The position numbers and the translations under genes were made by a program. The notes beneath the pieces were generated by a model. It did no database searches. It worked only from the letters and a program-made list of their open reading frames with translations, and had not been told where the DNA came from. DNA of 63,337 bases, counting the filler, from Octopus bimaculoides (lineage: Eukaryota), in the NCBI RefSeq assembly GCF_001194135.2. It is 3 parts of 3 records of this genome, joined end to end, with 100 filler letters (N's around TTAATTAATTAA, not from the genome) between each part and the next. Parts side by side here need not be neighbours in the genome. Positions count along the whole stretch, not along the records: positions 1 to 31,860 come from NC_068981.1; 2 more parts are not named here. The stretch is one strand, 5' to 3'. This document shows positions 1 to 13,773 of the stretch, in pieces; positions within the stretch are counted from its first letter, which is position 1, and each line of letters begins with the position of its first letter.

Positions 1-578
1 GTGTGTGTGTGTGTATGTGCCGTTTTTATTGGTCCCAGAGTTTATTGTGGAATGTGTATATGAGTGTGTGTTTGAGTGTTTTTTGTGTCGGTGGGGATGT
101 TAGGTGTGTGTACGTGAGACTGTGCGTATATCTCTTTGTCTGAGTGTGTATGTGTTGTTTTGATCGTCCTTGTGGTGTGTGTGTGTGTGAGAGCAATTTT
201 GTGTTCGGGTATGCACCGTGTGGTATGCCATTTAAAGCCAGCCCGGCTACGTAATGTCTTGAACAGCATGAAGGTATATGGCACTAGATTTATGTCAGGA
301 ATTCGTTTGTGTCTCTAAAGCTTATAAAAAGATACGAGACAGAAAATTGAACTCACTAGACTTGTCGAACCAGCGGGCACCGTAGCTTGCTGATGAGATG
401 ATGATGCACTATAAATAGACCTATGTCTCCTTAAGTGACTTGCCAAAAGTACCACGTTTCTTATTCACCGTTTTGCTTATTTCTCTTTCAATATATTTTG
501 GTTGTCGAAACGATCGTAGTGAATAAAGCGCATCGTGGATTCCATTTTCTTTCTCTCTCTCCTTCATACATACACACA

Positions 579-651
<73 letters not shown>

Positions 652-1300
652 ACCCTTGCAGGGAGAGTAGGAAGCAGGAGTTAACAATGAAATACCCACC
701 CACTACATAGAAAAGTTTAAAAAAATCAAATTAATTCCAACTTACTTGGAAAGTCAGGAAATGAAAACATACCAATCTCGTAAATGTTAAGTTCGGCTTA
801 CCTAAGAATACAGAAGAAAAGAAAAAAATAATTACATGTGTGGAACGAGAAGTAAGTGAATTTAATGTCGTACACTATTAGATCGAGAATATTTTGGTTT
901 TTTATCTGCGCTAGAAATCTTTATATAAATCGGGATTATATAATAGACTTTGTTAATCATGTTAAACATATCGATATAATGGTATTTTATGACAATAGCC
1001 ATCTGAAATTATTGTTGACCTTTTAAAATATACTTTCTTTCCCATTGTGATAAACAAATATTTTCCTTTTAGTGAATAATATAAAAAAAAACTTTTTGGC
1101 AATAACAACGGCTTCTTTCACACATGGAACCATTCAAGCACACATACAGGCATATGCAACCACCATATGTATGTATGAATATATGAATGTATGTATGTAT
1201 GTATGTATGTATGTATGTATGTATGTATGTATGTGTGTATGTATGTATCTATCCATCTATATATCTGTTTGTCTATCTATCTATTTGTTTATCTATATGC

Positions 1301-1332
<32 letters not shown>

Positions 1333-1910
1333 ATATGTGAGTGTATGTGTGATATTTCTTTTACTCCCAGTGATTGGGCTGCATCCATGCTGGGGTCATG
1401 CCGGGTGGAATTTTAGTGGAACGAATGGACAGCAGTACTGCTTTGAAGCTTGACATTTATTCTATCATTCGCATTTGCTGAACCGCTACAACAAGTGGAG
1501 ACATACAGGCAGAAGGACACACACACACATATATACACACACGCACATATATATACACACACATGTATATACACACGCACATATATATATATACACACGC
1601 ATATATATACACATATACATACACACGTATACATACACACACATATATATGTACACATGTATATGGCTAGATTGGAGCAATATCGAGAATAACCAACCGA
1701 AAATACAAGGATAATCTGGATCTCGACTGAAGAGAGAAAACTCCGAATGACCTGTCCGTATTTTCTTTGTATCGTCTATCTGGGTGTTTTGTCCCTTTCT
1801 TGTATCACCTAAACTGTTTGGATGTTTTGCGTTCTTGTCCCAATCTGTATCATTCATATACATATATATATGTAGATGTGTATATATATATATATATATC
1901 TGTCTATCTA

Positions 1911-1970
<60 letters not shown>

Positions 1971-3438
1971 GCTATCTATCTAACAGCATAGAGAAAAGGT
2001 GGTGGGTCTTCTCATGGACATGTTCGCAGTTTCCGATATTCATCTCAGGAAGACACACCCCATATTTTTGTCTAATTAATAGCACAAAACAGCCGATATA
2101 TAAAGCAGTCAAACATTAGACTAACGCCATATTGGACAACTTATTTTTAGTCATGGTCTACATCAGTAAATGCCCGGTTCAATCAATATTTTAAGCAATA
2201 CTGTATAAATGAGAAGGACTGAAATAAATTCAACTCTTACAAACTCCTATTGTTTTTAATAGACGTATTCAAACCCTTTTCCCCACATTTTTGATTGGAA
2301 GAAAAAAAAAGAGGATTATCCCGATGTAGAGTTTCACGGTTTGTTAAGTATTCTTCTCAGCAAAAATATAAGATTTAGTCGTTGTAACATTAGTGTTCAA
2401 GAGCATGTGCTGAGGTAAGAAACATGGCAAGTTCTGGTTACGAAAAAACGTGGGAAACACGAAAATCAAAGAGGAAAATAGATTCAGGTTTCTACTGAAA
2501 AGAAAATTTCAACTGAATACTTTCATTTACGATTGTTAATTAGTATGTGGTTTTGACGTTGTTAATTTAATATGTCCTGGTGTCCTTTATAGTCAGCTAA
2601 ATGCTATGCTTTGCGAAAAAATATTGACCATGTATCTAATTAGACGCCCGCTATAGAAAGATTCCTTTATTGTACCGCTACATTGATTTTCATAAAGTAG
2701 AAGAAACAGAAAAAGAAGCAACCATTTGTTTACATCAAACGGGAAATCCATCCTGTATCTTCAGGATAATTAATGATAATTCAAACTGGTAAAAGAAGAG
2801 AAAACAAAAATTTAAATATTCAGGCAACTACTATACGTATTTAGTTTTTATTAATTTGTTATCCGTGTTCCAATAATTAAAATATTCTGTAAAACTAGTT
2901 AACTACAGGCGCTGGATCCGATCTAAAGGCAACTAAATCATTATTTCGCCATTTTTTCCCTTTTGACGCAAGAAGCTATTCCCTTATTACTTCCTTAATT
3001 TTGCTACATACAGCAGCGTATTCTAGCGATATTCCTCAACCGGACATAGTAAACTGAATATTTGAATTCACAGAGTTGTTAGTAAGATGGAGCGACAACT
3101 GTAATTAAAATATATTTGTTAATTACTCAACAGTTATAAGAACGTCTTTATTTTCTTTCAAGCGAAGCCAATACAAATTTAGATCTCTCAAAATTAATGG
3201 TAATTCAAAATAGGTCAATTGAAATCTGATGAGATTCTAAGTATTCGAACATAAAGTTTAAGGTCAGATCATTTGTTTATTTGAAGAGAATTCTTTTCAT
3301 GTGCATGCATTTGCATTCACTAATTTATATATGGATTAGAATATTTTGTTTGCTGATATCATAGCGTGAAGTCGTACTGCATTGTGATGCGGTGCGTCTT
3401 TGTTTTGCAGTGCGTAGATCTGTTCGTCAATATCTACG

Positions 3439-3845
3439 ATGGCTGAAACGAAGGAGAAACGTGCTTCCGTGAAATTCTGATTTTTGCAGGGGAAAACTTA
3501 TCTTCGAGGACAGTCACCGAACAATCGACGAACTTGCTGATATGACTGGTGTGTTCTGGAGCTCTTGCCAACGAATTTTGAGCGAGGAATTGCTAATGAA
3601 AAGAGTTGCAACAAAACTTGTGCCTCGTTTGTTCACGAAAGATCAAAAAGCAGTCTCGACTACATGCGTGACAAGAACTAAAAGAACAGTTGGTAGTTGA
3701 CCGGGACCTTTGTTCGAATGTCATCGCTGGTGCTACGGAATTGGCAGATGTGGAAGAGGTGAATAAAATAACGACGGAGCCGTTAAAAGACATCACTTCG
3801 CATGAGTGCCAGGACTGCTTCGAACAGTGGAAATTGAGCGGGTAA
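3439..3845 (+). mobile_element. Internally deleted mariner/Tc1 transposase remnant
   Basis: Manual translation with stops/deletions: MAETKEKRASVKF // IFEDSHRTIDELADMTGVFWSSCQRILSEELLMKRVATKLVPRLFTKDQKQSR (mariner HTH and WVPRLL-like motif) // C-terminal DITSHECQDCFEQWK. Catalytic core is deleted. Confidence 0.8.
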
Positions 3846-3976
3846 AATATTAGATATCAGCGTCGTAAGAAATCTAATGGATTCAGCTCAGGAGAGTGTA
3901 ATGACTTCTATATACATACATGAACACTCCTAAGGCTGAAAGCCAAAATTTTATGAATAAAGTCAGATAAGATTAT

Positions 3977-4175
3977 TGGTTTTACATTCTGGTACAAAGC
4001 CAGGAATTGTGTGTGTGTATGTGTTTGGGGTGGGGTACGTCGATTAAACCGTCCCAATGTTCGACCCCGAAAATTTGATAAGCAAAGTTGACCTCGGCGG
4101 AATTTGAACTAAGAACGTACGAAATGCCCTTAAGCATTTTACCCAGCGTGCTACTTTTGTGTCAACCCACCGCCT
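3977..4175 (-). mobile_element. tRNA-derived SINE, family A, degenerate copy
   Basis: Shares core aaagttgacctcggcggaatttgaact...taagcatttt with many other copies in the window. Its reverse complement contains a B-box-like gttcaaattcc. Confidence 0.75.
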
Positions 4176-4324
4176 GAAATGAAGGGTATCATTATTGTGA
4201 AGTTATTGTGTAAAACACTTAAAGGTTCCCTTGTTGGCATTGGCACATTCATCATAAACTGCTTAAACGAAGCTAGATGCTGCATATATCTTTCTTTGTA
4301 GATATTACCCGTCAATCCGATATA

Positions 4325-4515
4325 TGTTTCATCTCTTATCCTTTATCTTGTTTTAGTCATTAGATTGCAGCCACACTTGAGCACCGCCTTGAAGTATTTT
4401 AGTTTAACTAGTCTTCCCTAGTACTTATTTATATTTTAAAGCTTGGTACTTAATATATCGACTTCTGTTGCCGAAACTCTTAGTTACAGAACCTTAAATA
4501 CATCAACACCGGTTG
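4325..4515 (-). mobile_element. SINE family B, 3' half
   Basis: Reverse complement resembles the tail of the full-length copy at 40042-40538 (gtaact..g.ttcggcaa...aagtact...ttcaaggcggtgctc). Confidence 0.6.
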
Positions 4516-4690
4516 GCAAAATATATGTATGCACACACACACGCACACGCACATATGTATACATATATATATATATATATANNNNNNNNNNNNNNNNNNN
4601 NNNNNNNNNNNNNNNNNNNNNNNNNNNNNNNNNNNNNNNNNNNNNNNNNNNNNNNNNNNNNNNNNNNNNNNNNACACACACATATATATA

Positions 4691-4820
4691 GGCGCATCCG
4701 TAGCTGTGTGGTAATAAGTTTCATTCCCAACCACATGCTTCCGGGTTCATTCCCACTGTGTGGCATCTGGGGCAAGCGTTCCTACTGTAGCCTCGAGCTG
4801 ATGAAAACCTTATGTGTTGA
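4691..4820 (+). mobile_element. SINE family B, tRNA-like head
   Basis: ggcgca..gtagctgtgtggtaa...ttccgggttcattcccactgtgtggcatctggggcaag matches the heads at 40042, 42421-42632 and 63157-63309. Confidence 0.7.
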
Positions 4821-4875
4821 AAACTTCTTATCACACAGCTACATCTGCACCTATATATGTGTATCTATGTGTGTG

Positions 4876-4917
<42 letters not shown>

Positions 4918-5090
4918 GCATAAACATATATGCGTATATGTTTTTATATGCGTATATATACATATACACACGTATATGAATACATGACATACATATGTAT
5001 GCATGTTTGTATATGAAGTTTTGGTTATATTTTCGTATGATTTGTTGAAGCTTTTTTTCGACAGTAAAGTAGTTTCTAAAAATTCATAAT

Positions 5091-6030
5091 CAACATTTTC
5101 AGGCCTTTGTATTCCCATCTTCAGGGATCAAGTGATGTTGTGTGTATTGATGCTTCTTTTCAAAAAGTGGTTCTAATGTTATTGTTTAAAAATTATCCCC
5201 AAATTTAAATCTGAACGGCTTAGGTATACACAATATTAATTATCTATTTAAGTTTCTTTCCGTATTTACATAAGCATCTTTCGTGATTTCAGCATTGTTT
5301 TGTTTGGTATTTTAATACAGAAATTCTGCAATGTAGAGAGGTTTCTACTAATCTATTTCTATGTAGCTATGGTTTTATGGTTTTGTGCATTTGTGTTGCC
5401 TTAAGTTTTTACGTCGCAGTTGCTCCCTGTCGTAAAGGTATGATATGCCGAAGGGAGTATGCGATAATTTTCTGATTAATATAATAGTGACGCTTACAAC
5501 TTTCATGACATTCGACATAATTATTGCAGATTTACTTGCATTTGATTTGCTATTGATAAAATGGTTCTAAATTCTTTATTCAGGTAGTATATAAATAGTT
5601 ACTTTTTGCATTTTGATGCAATGCATTTTCTGCATGTTTTATGAGGTTTTTAATAACGTGTTTACCGTTTCTCTCGTCAGTAATTATTTGATTCACAAAA
5701 TATTTTTTGTATGTGATTTCTATATTTACAGGGCATGCTGCATTTGCTGCGCATTATTTGCGTTCACTTAGTTCTGTGTTTTGATCTGTTAATTTCTTTA
5801 TTACGTTGCAGAAGAGTAGTATATAAATGCTTTTGAATTCGCGTTTGGAAGCTGTGTGGTTATTCGGTCTCATTAATTAAATCTATGCTTTTATTTTTCC
5901 TTTTCGAATAAAGAAATGCGATATATCTGTTATTTTATATCTGAAGTTTTATGAATGAAAATAAAGTTATTCTATTACTAGGTGTTATATCTATATTGTT
6001 TTAGGAGTCGAGTGTTAGAAAAAGAGTTGC
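5091..6030 (-). mobile_element. Possible highly degraded Penelope-like element 3' part
   Basis: A-rich minus strand with weak frameshifted GIY-YIG-like words (NCDVK..KCTK..YI..SLHCRISV), ending in hammerhead-like ctgaagatggg...cctgaaaatgttg at 5091-5124. Weak. Confidence 0.3.
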
Positions 6031-6175
6031 CTTAATGTTTTCTTGTTTTTTTTTTGTTACCTATATTCCGGGATGTCCATTCGAAAGAACTTGTCGATCA
6101 TACGCCATGCTTTTATATTCCTACTGGCAATTATGTTATTATGTCCCACCACCACAAGCACACGTGCTCATACAT

Positions 6176-6240
<65 letters not shown>

Positions 6241-6293
6241 TTATTTATCTATCTATCTATGCGTATGTATGTATGTATGTATATATGTTTGTA

Positions 6294-6330
<37 letters not shown>

Positions 6331-6424
6331 NNNNNNNNNNNNNNNNNNNNNNNNNNNNNNNNNNNNNNNNNNNNNNNNNNNNNNNNNNNNNNNNNNNNNN
6401 NNNNNNNNNNNNNNNNNNNNNNNN

Positions 6425-6468
<44 letters not shown>

Positions 6469-6689
6469 GAAAGAGAGAAAGAGCGTTGTTCATTTGTTCT
6501 TGTGAAGCATTATAGTACAGAAATAGAAGAATGAACGAAAATGGTATTGAGAAGAGCTTCTAAGTATGCAAAGAATATATTGGAAAAATATTTATATATT
6601 TCATCATGAGAAGAGTGCAGTTAAAGAAATATGTGTCTCCATAGAACTTTCCATCTGAATTGTCAGAATGCGAGATACGAGAGGGCGGC

Positions 6690-6955
6690 TGGTAATTTAT
6701 AGAAGAGACCGGCTCAACTCCGATAAGGCCATTGATCTTCGGTGTATCAGCAAGAATTTCTTGATACAGGGATTTCAAGTTTTCATTTCTGTGGTCAACA
6801 TGGAAGCGTTTATCTCTTTGGTAGTGTTGTGGCATTTGCTTAAGTGATCGCGGAAGGAAGAAGCATTGATAGTGAGCTGTTCCTTCAATCGGATATGGAA
6901 CGGTCAGACCGTTCTGTAATATTCACCGCATTCGAAACTGAAGTATCTGAAGTGG
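6690..6955 (-). mobile_element. Penelope-like GIY-YIG endonuclease remnant
   Basis: Minus-strand translation YFSFECGEYYRTV*PFHIRLKEQLT..SSFRDHLSKCH, then frameshift to QEILADTPKIN. Matches the PLE pattern CxxxYIGxTxRxxxxRxxEH...HxxxC...E...PxxN. Confidence 0.55.
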
Positions 6956-7519
6956 GGAATGCTTACATACATACATACATACATACATACACACAATCAC
7001 AAAGATACACACACATATATTCATACATGCACAACTCTAGTCCGAGTAATAACCTTATAGAGCGCTTTCGAAAGCTCCTCTCAGAGTGACAGCCACCAAA
7101 TATAATATAGATGAATTTTTTTCTGGATATACATATGCAGATCCAAAATGTCCTAAAGCATACACACTCAAATAGATAGAACAACTTTTATTACAAAATC
7201 ACTACAGTTGTTTCAATACAATCATTATCAGCTGTTAATTTCTGAACGTTACATGAAATATAAGCAATATTACATTAATATCTTTCAACAATAACTGTCT
7301 ACATGCGTATCCGCAGGTGATTACACTCAAAGCACCGCTGAGCAATATTGCTTATGATTTATAGAGCATTCAGCAATTAATAGCAGATAATTATGCCTTG
7401 AAACAATTATAGTGATTTCTAATAAAGCCTGTCTCTACGCATTAAATAGCGTAAACATACATACATACTTACATACATGCATACATACATACATATATAG
7501 TCATTTCAAATAAACAAAC

Positions 7520-7700
7520 GATTCTAATAAACGAATAAAAAAACAAAAAAAACAAAATGAACGTGAGGACATGCACAAGAAATGTATTAGCTTGACACTC
7601 AGTGAAAGCAAAGAGTTTGACGTTTCGTGCATAGCTCTTCGTCGGAAAGGAGAAATGGAAATGTCCAAAGACGGAAAAGAAATCGCCAACGGCACACGTG
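7520..7700 (-). mobile_element. Penelope-type terminal repeat with hammerhead-like motif
   Basis: Minus strand cctttccgacgaagagctatgcacgaaacgtcaaactctttgctttcactgagtgtcaagctaatacat is homologous to the 3' terminus of the Penelope element at ~41600-41670. Confidence 0.6.
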
Positions 7701-9226
7701 TAGTTACATTGCTGTATATGTTGTATTTAGGCGATTAGTAGCTGAGGGTTTGTGTCCTGAGAACAGCCTCTTATAAGCGCTGTTAAAAATCACTGAATAG
7801 CTCAAACAAAATGTTACCGCATGGGTGAATGAGAACGATGGATAATGATATTTCATTGATAAATCAGTTCATCATCGTCAAATATCCGAGTTACACTGGA
7901 ACGAATTGTTAGAGCGACTGATAATTCAGAATTAAACAAACACATGTTCCTGTGTGTATACGTGCGTGTCTATGTGTGTCTATGTGTGTCTATGTGTATG
8001 TATGTATGTATGTATGTATGTATGTATGTATGTATATATGTATGTATGTGGGAGATAATGCTAAAATTGCCTATAGATAGATATTCGTATTTATATATTA
8101 ATATGACAATAGGTGAATTACAGTTAGAGGTTTATAGCAGTGATAATTCAATACAAATTAGTTTTGAGATTATTTGATAAAACTATATTTAACTTCTAGT
8201 AACATAATTTACTCAGTAACTGGAGAACCACTGCCAGCCTCCAGTATCATGAATTCCTGAATTCTCCATTCGATTCGGGATTGTAATACACATCTGTTAT
8301 AAAAGCACAATATTTCTCTTTTCAGTCAAAAGTCTTGATTCAGAGTGTGCATATTCGTATCAATGATAACGCAATATTTCGATTAATATTGTGTGCATGG
8401 CTATTGCCAAAGTATCAAACTATTGTGAACAAACTATTGAAAGTGTCGGTTAAGAAGTTGTACAATTCATGTGTAAGAAGAGTGCAATTCATGTATAATG
8501 TATTATTGATGTGAGACAGGGAGTGGATAAGAGAGAAGTAGGGAAGGGAAAGTGCGAGAAGACATTTAAAAGGATCCTTTTTTTTTTTTGAGATAGAATA
8601 TTTGAAAGGATCTTTTTTTTTAGATAGACAATAATTGTGGCTGGCAAATATGACAAGAAAAGCGCTGAAATATTCACTTTCGTTTGCCTTGTTGCTATTT
8701 AGGTTCATCTGTGAACATACAAATGTTACTTCAGTTATCATACGTGAAACAGACTGCAACAATAAATCCATTCACTTTTCGCTTTGTCTCTGGTCTTTTT
8801 AAAGTGTCTTTACACGTGACTTTCAGTGCCTGCCATAAGGAGATAAATACGCATGGCATTCAGAGGGAGCATTCACTTATAACGCTACCCACGAAGATAG
8901 AAATGGACAATACTACAGAACACATCTACAACTGCACCGATAGCCACACACAAACCGACACGCTCTCGAGCACACACGTAATGGCGAATGTGTACACATA
9001 TCATATTATGTGGCTATAACGGAAGATATTTCTTTATGCAAAGGTTATTAGCATTGAACTAGATAATTAGAAAGAGATGAGTACGCTATATAGTTATATA
9101 TTATGAACTAAAGCATGGATGGACATGACGATATAATGCTATACACAACAACATCGTTCGCCTGTGTATAACAATAACAGCTCTAGTTTTACGTGTACGT
9201 CTGTTTATAATTTATTCGATTTAATA

Positions 9227-9270
<44 letters not shown>

Positions 9271-9750
9271 NNNNNNNNNNNNNNNNNNNNNNNNNNNNNN
9301 NNNNNNNNNNNNNNNNNNNNNNNNNNNNNNNNNNNNNNNNNNNNNNNNNNNNNNNNNNNNNNNNNNNNNNNNNNNNNNNNNNNNNNNNNNNNNNNNNNNN
9401 NNNNNNNNNNNNNNNNNNNNNNNNNNNNNNNNNNNNNNNNNNNNNNNNNNNNNNNNNNNNNNNNNNNNNNNNNNNNNNNNNNNNNNNNNNNNNNNNNNNN
9501 NNNNNNNNNNNNNNNNNNNNNNNNNNNNNNNNNNNNNNNNNNNNNNNNNNNNNNNNNNNNNNNNNNNNNNNNNNNNNNNNNNNNNNNNNNNNNNNNNNNN
9601 NNNNNNNNNNNNNNNNNNNNNNNNNNNNNNNNNNNNNNNNNNNNNNNNNNNNNNNNNNNNNNNNNNNNNNNNNNNNNNNNNNNNNNNNNNNNNNNNNNNN
9701 NNNNNNNNNNNNNNNNNNNNNNNNNNNNNNNNNNNNNNNNNNNNNNNNNN

Positions 9751-9786
<36 letters not shown>

Positions 9787-10650
9787 ATAGACATATAAAT
9801 AAATAAATAGATAGATAGATAGAGAGAGTAGATAAATGAATGCATTTATCTATATGTGGCTGAGTGGATGTGTATGTGTGAATGTGTCTGCTTGTACGGT
9901 CATGATGCCACGGAAACATACATACAAACATTTATCAAAGACAAATGTGAAAAACATGATAAGTTTTAAAGGAATATGAATCATATTCCTTTTCTTCAGC
10001 TCTCTGAGTCTTTCCCTCTGAGATATTTTCCACGTTCTTATCATAACGACAGAATCCTTGCATCTTAATATTATATATCTGTAACAACACGAAGTTTTAT
10101 AATATTTACTTTCTTACTATTGCTGCTATCAATTATCTTTTGATGTGTTTGCTGTTTCAGCAGCTACTGTACATGTTGCTGTTGTTGTCGTTACTGTTGC
10201 TTGAATTATTAATTGTAGTATTTTATCTTGACATTTATGCACCTGTTGTTTTTGCTGCTTTTATTTATCATTCTTGTCATCCTTCTCTTCTTCTTCCTCC
10301 TCGTCATCAAGACCGTCAACATTATTGTCATCTTCACCATCGTTATCATCATGGTCTTCATAGTGATGCGAAAGAATTTTTGTTATTATTATCATCGTCG
10401 TAGTCATCACTATCGTAGTCCTCATCTTCGATATAAAAATCGATTTTATTTACCATAGACATACCAACTAATAATAGTAATTTTGATGAGAAGGTCTTTA
10501 GAAGACACCATCTTCACCATTGAATATCATTTTATTTAATCGAACTGCAAAGAATGGATTTCAAAGTCGCCGTCGATTCAGCGTTAAAACTCGGATGGTA
10601 TTGAACCGTAAGACACAATGAAAAGCGTTTTGCCCACACTAATAATTCTT

Positions 10651-10652
<2 letters not shown>

Positions 10653-10719
<67 letters not shown>

Positions 10720-10754
10720 ATAATAATAATAATAATAATAATAATATTAATAAT
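10653..10754. repeat. Compound (ACT)n-(AAT)n microsatellite
   Basis: Directly visible. Confidence 0.95.
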
Positions 10755-10968
10755 CCTTTCTACTATAGGCACAAGGCCTGAAATTTGGGGGTAGGGGATG
10801 AGTCGATTATATCGAACCTAGTGTTTCACTGGTACTTACTTTGCCGACCTGGAAAGGATGAAAGGCAAAGTCGACCTCGGCGGAATTTGAACACAGAACA
10901 TAGCGACGGGCGAAATACCGCTAAGCATTTCATCCAGCGTACTAATGACTCTACCAGCTCACTGCCTT
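10755..10968 (-). mobile_element. tRNA-derived SINE family A, near full length
   Basis: Core gaaaggatgaaaggcaaagtcgacctcggcggaatttgaac; flanked on both sides by AAT/ATT repeats. Confidence 0.9.
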
Positions 10969-11005
10969 AATAATAATAAGGATGATGATGCACTTATGGT
11001 TATTG

Positions 11006-11137
11006 TTTCAATACAGTAACCATAAGAGCATCACAGCAAACCGCAGCACATACCCAAGGCACACAGAGCTGCGCTCGGTAGTGAAGTGAAAGCACGTTAT
11101 AAAAATAAAAGTACTGAACAATAATAATAATAATAAT

Positions 11138-11200
<63 letters not shown>

Positions 11201-11210
11201 TATAATAATA
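11006..11210 (+). mobile_element. R4/Dong-type LINE 3' UTR with (AAT)n tail
   Basis: gcagcacatacccaaggcacacagagctgcgctcggtagtgaagtgaaagc is homologous to the UTR following the RLE ORF end at ~12135-12245; followed by a ~90-bp (AAT)n array. Confidence 0.75.
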
Positions 11211-12022
11211 AGTGCAGATACTCCAACGAAGGGATGGGATCAGTGGACCACCTAATCTCTAGGTGTAAGGTTTTAGCACCTGTAGAGTACAAACCAAAAC
11301 ATGACAGAGTTGCCGAATATCTACATTGGATTATGTGTCAGCATCATTAGACCAAAAAATGGTGCAAGCACCACCTTGAGGCTGTAACTGAGGGAGAATA
11401 TGTAGTGATTCTTTGGGACTTCCCAGTATGTACAGACAGTACCATCAAATCAAATAAACCAGATATTGTTGTAAAAGACCGAAAAATGATAAAGTCTGTT
11501 TATTGATTGATATGAGGATACCTTGTGACTACAATATCTTGACAAAAGCATTATATAAGTTCAGAAAATATTTGCTAATGGAAATTGAAAAGATGTGGCA
11601 TCTCAAGACGTTTACAATACTAGTGAGTGTAGGAGAAGTTGGAATTATCAAAAAAGCAATTGAAAATGATTTTAAAATGATCCCTGGCTTACTATCCATG
11701 CAGGAAGTATAAAAGACTGTCTTAACTGATACGTCACACGTACTGAGTAAATATTGTCCCTGTGAATTATCTTTCCCTTCTTCCCTTTTAATTTCTCTGT
11801 TTTTTTCCCTTTTTCTGTCTGTCGTTCTTCCCCTTTTTTTATCTCTGTCGGTTTCCCCTTTTTATCTATCACATGACTTTGTAAATTAACAATCTGGTGT
11901 GTTTATATTAATGGCCTACCAATTAATGACCTACATTGGGCGTCTCTGCCCTAGGGGTCAGGAAGACACTCGGCAAAAAATGGGAACAAAATTGAAAGAT
12001 GTTGATGAAAATGATAATAATA
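11211..12022 (+). mobile_element. 5'-truncated R4/Dong-type LINE (CCHC knuckle + RLE endonuclease + 3' UTR), pseudogenised
   Basis: Translation SVDHLISRCKVLAPVEYKPKHDRVAEYLHW...ILWDFPV.TD.TIKSNKPDIVVKD (KPD at 11456-11464) / LIDMRIPCD...EIEKMWHLK...QEV*KTVLT; begins immediately after an (AAT)n array. Confidence 0.88.
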
Positions 12023-12027
12023 GCAAT

Positions 12028-12551
<524 letters not shown>

Positions 12552-12786
12552 NNNNNNNNNNNNNNNNNNNNNNNNNNNNNNNNNNNNNNNNNNNNNNNNN
12601 NNNNNNNNNNNNNNNNNNNNNNNNNNNNNNNNNNNNNNNNNNNNNNNNNNNNNNNNNNNNNNNNNNNNNNNNNNNNNNNNNNNNNNNNNNNNNNNNNNNN
12701 NNNNNNNNNNNNNNNNNNNNNNNNNNNNNNNNNNNNNNNNNNNNNNNNNNNNNNNNNNNNTAATGAAAATAATAATAACAATATCA

Positions 12787-12859
<73 letters not shown>

Positions 12860-12884
12860 TAATAATAATAAAAATAATAATAAT

Positions 12885-13065
12885 CCTTTCTACTAAAGGT
12901 ACAAAGCCTGAAATTTTGAGGGGAGGGGACTAGTCCATTATATTGACCCTCCAGTGTTTTACCGCCAAAATCGACCTCGGTGGAATTTGAAGTTAGAACG
13001 TAAGGATGGACGAAATGTCGCTAACCATTTTGCCCGGGTGCTAACAATTCTACTAGCTCGCCACC
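12885..13065 (-). mobile_element. SINE family A copy
   Basis: cctttctactaaaggtacaaagcctgaaatttt...aaatcgacctcggtggaatttgaag; flanked by AAT/ATT arrays. Confidence 0.85.
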
Positions 13066-13092
13066 ACAATATTATTATTGTTATTATTATTA

Positions 13093-13206
<114 letters not shown>

Positions 13207-13773
13207 TCCCCGGGCTAAATAACAACCTCTCCCCACAAAACAAACTTAATCCAGTAATATCGGTGCAATGGAAGGAATTAAAAACTCGGAGAGATTTTTG
13301 TTAAATACAGCTTATTTTCGTTCTTTAATCGCGACATCTCAATATGACATACGCAAGACGTCGAAATCAGCACCAGGAGCCCTGGGAAAAACAGCAAACG
13401 CACCAATTACACGCTAAGTAGTACATTGAATAATTATCTATACATGCAACTGACATACATCCATGTGCACATGCTAATATCTACAAGAGAGATAAATAAT
13501 GACTACACACACACACGTACACACGCAGAAAATAAAAGAAAAACACATATCACCAGTGACGCCGAACGAAACAAAAGCAAAGCGACTTCCCACAAACGAA
13601 TATAAAAAGGAGCAAATTATTAAATTTAAAACATCACTAAACATTTATACCCGGATATATAGCTACCAAATAAAAATAATATAGAGGCTCTTTTCGATCT
13701 CTCAGCCTACGATATAACACATATATCCATTCGAAGAACATAACTTCTAAAATAACTTCTGACGAAATAACTT

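Noticed and set aside
42-2119. Many 60-125 aa ORFs rich in YI/CV/HT/LS
   Set aside because: Translations of (TA)n, (CA)n, (TATG)n and (TATC)n microsatellites; the same applies to similar ORFs throughout the window.
6898-6914. Perfect 8-bp inverted repeat gaacggtc-a-gaccgttc
   Set aside because: One-nt loop inside the GIY-YIG coding remnant; short enough to be chance.
7060-7092. CUGA-GA-GGAGC-UUUC-GAAAGCGC (minus)
   Set aside because: Needs a core deletion and loss of the 3' strand of stem II; too degenerate to call.
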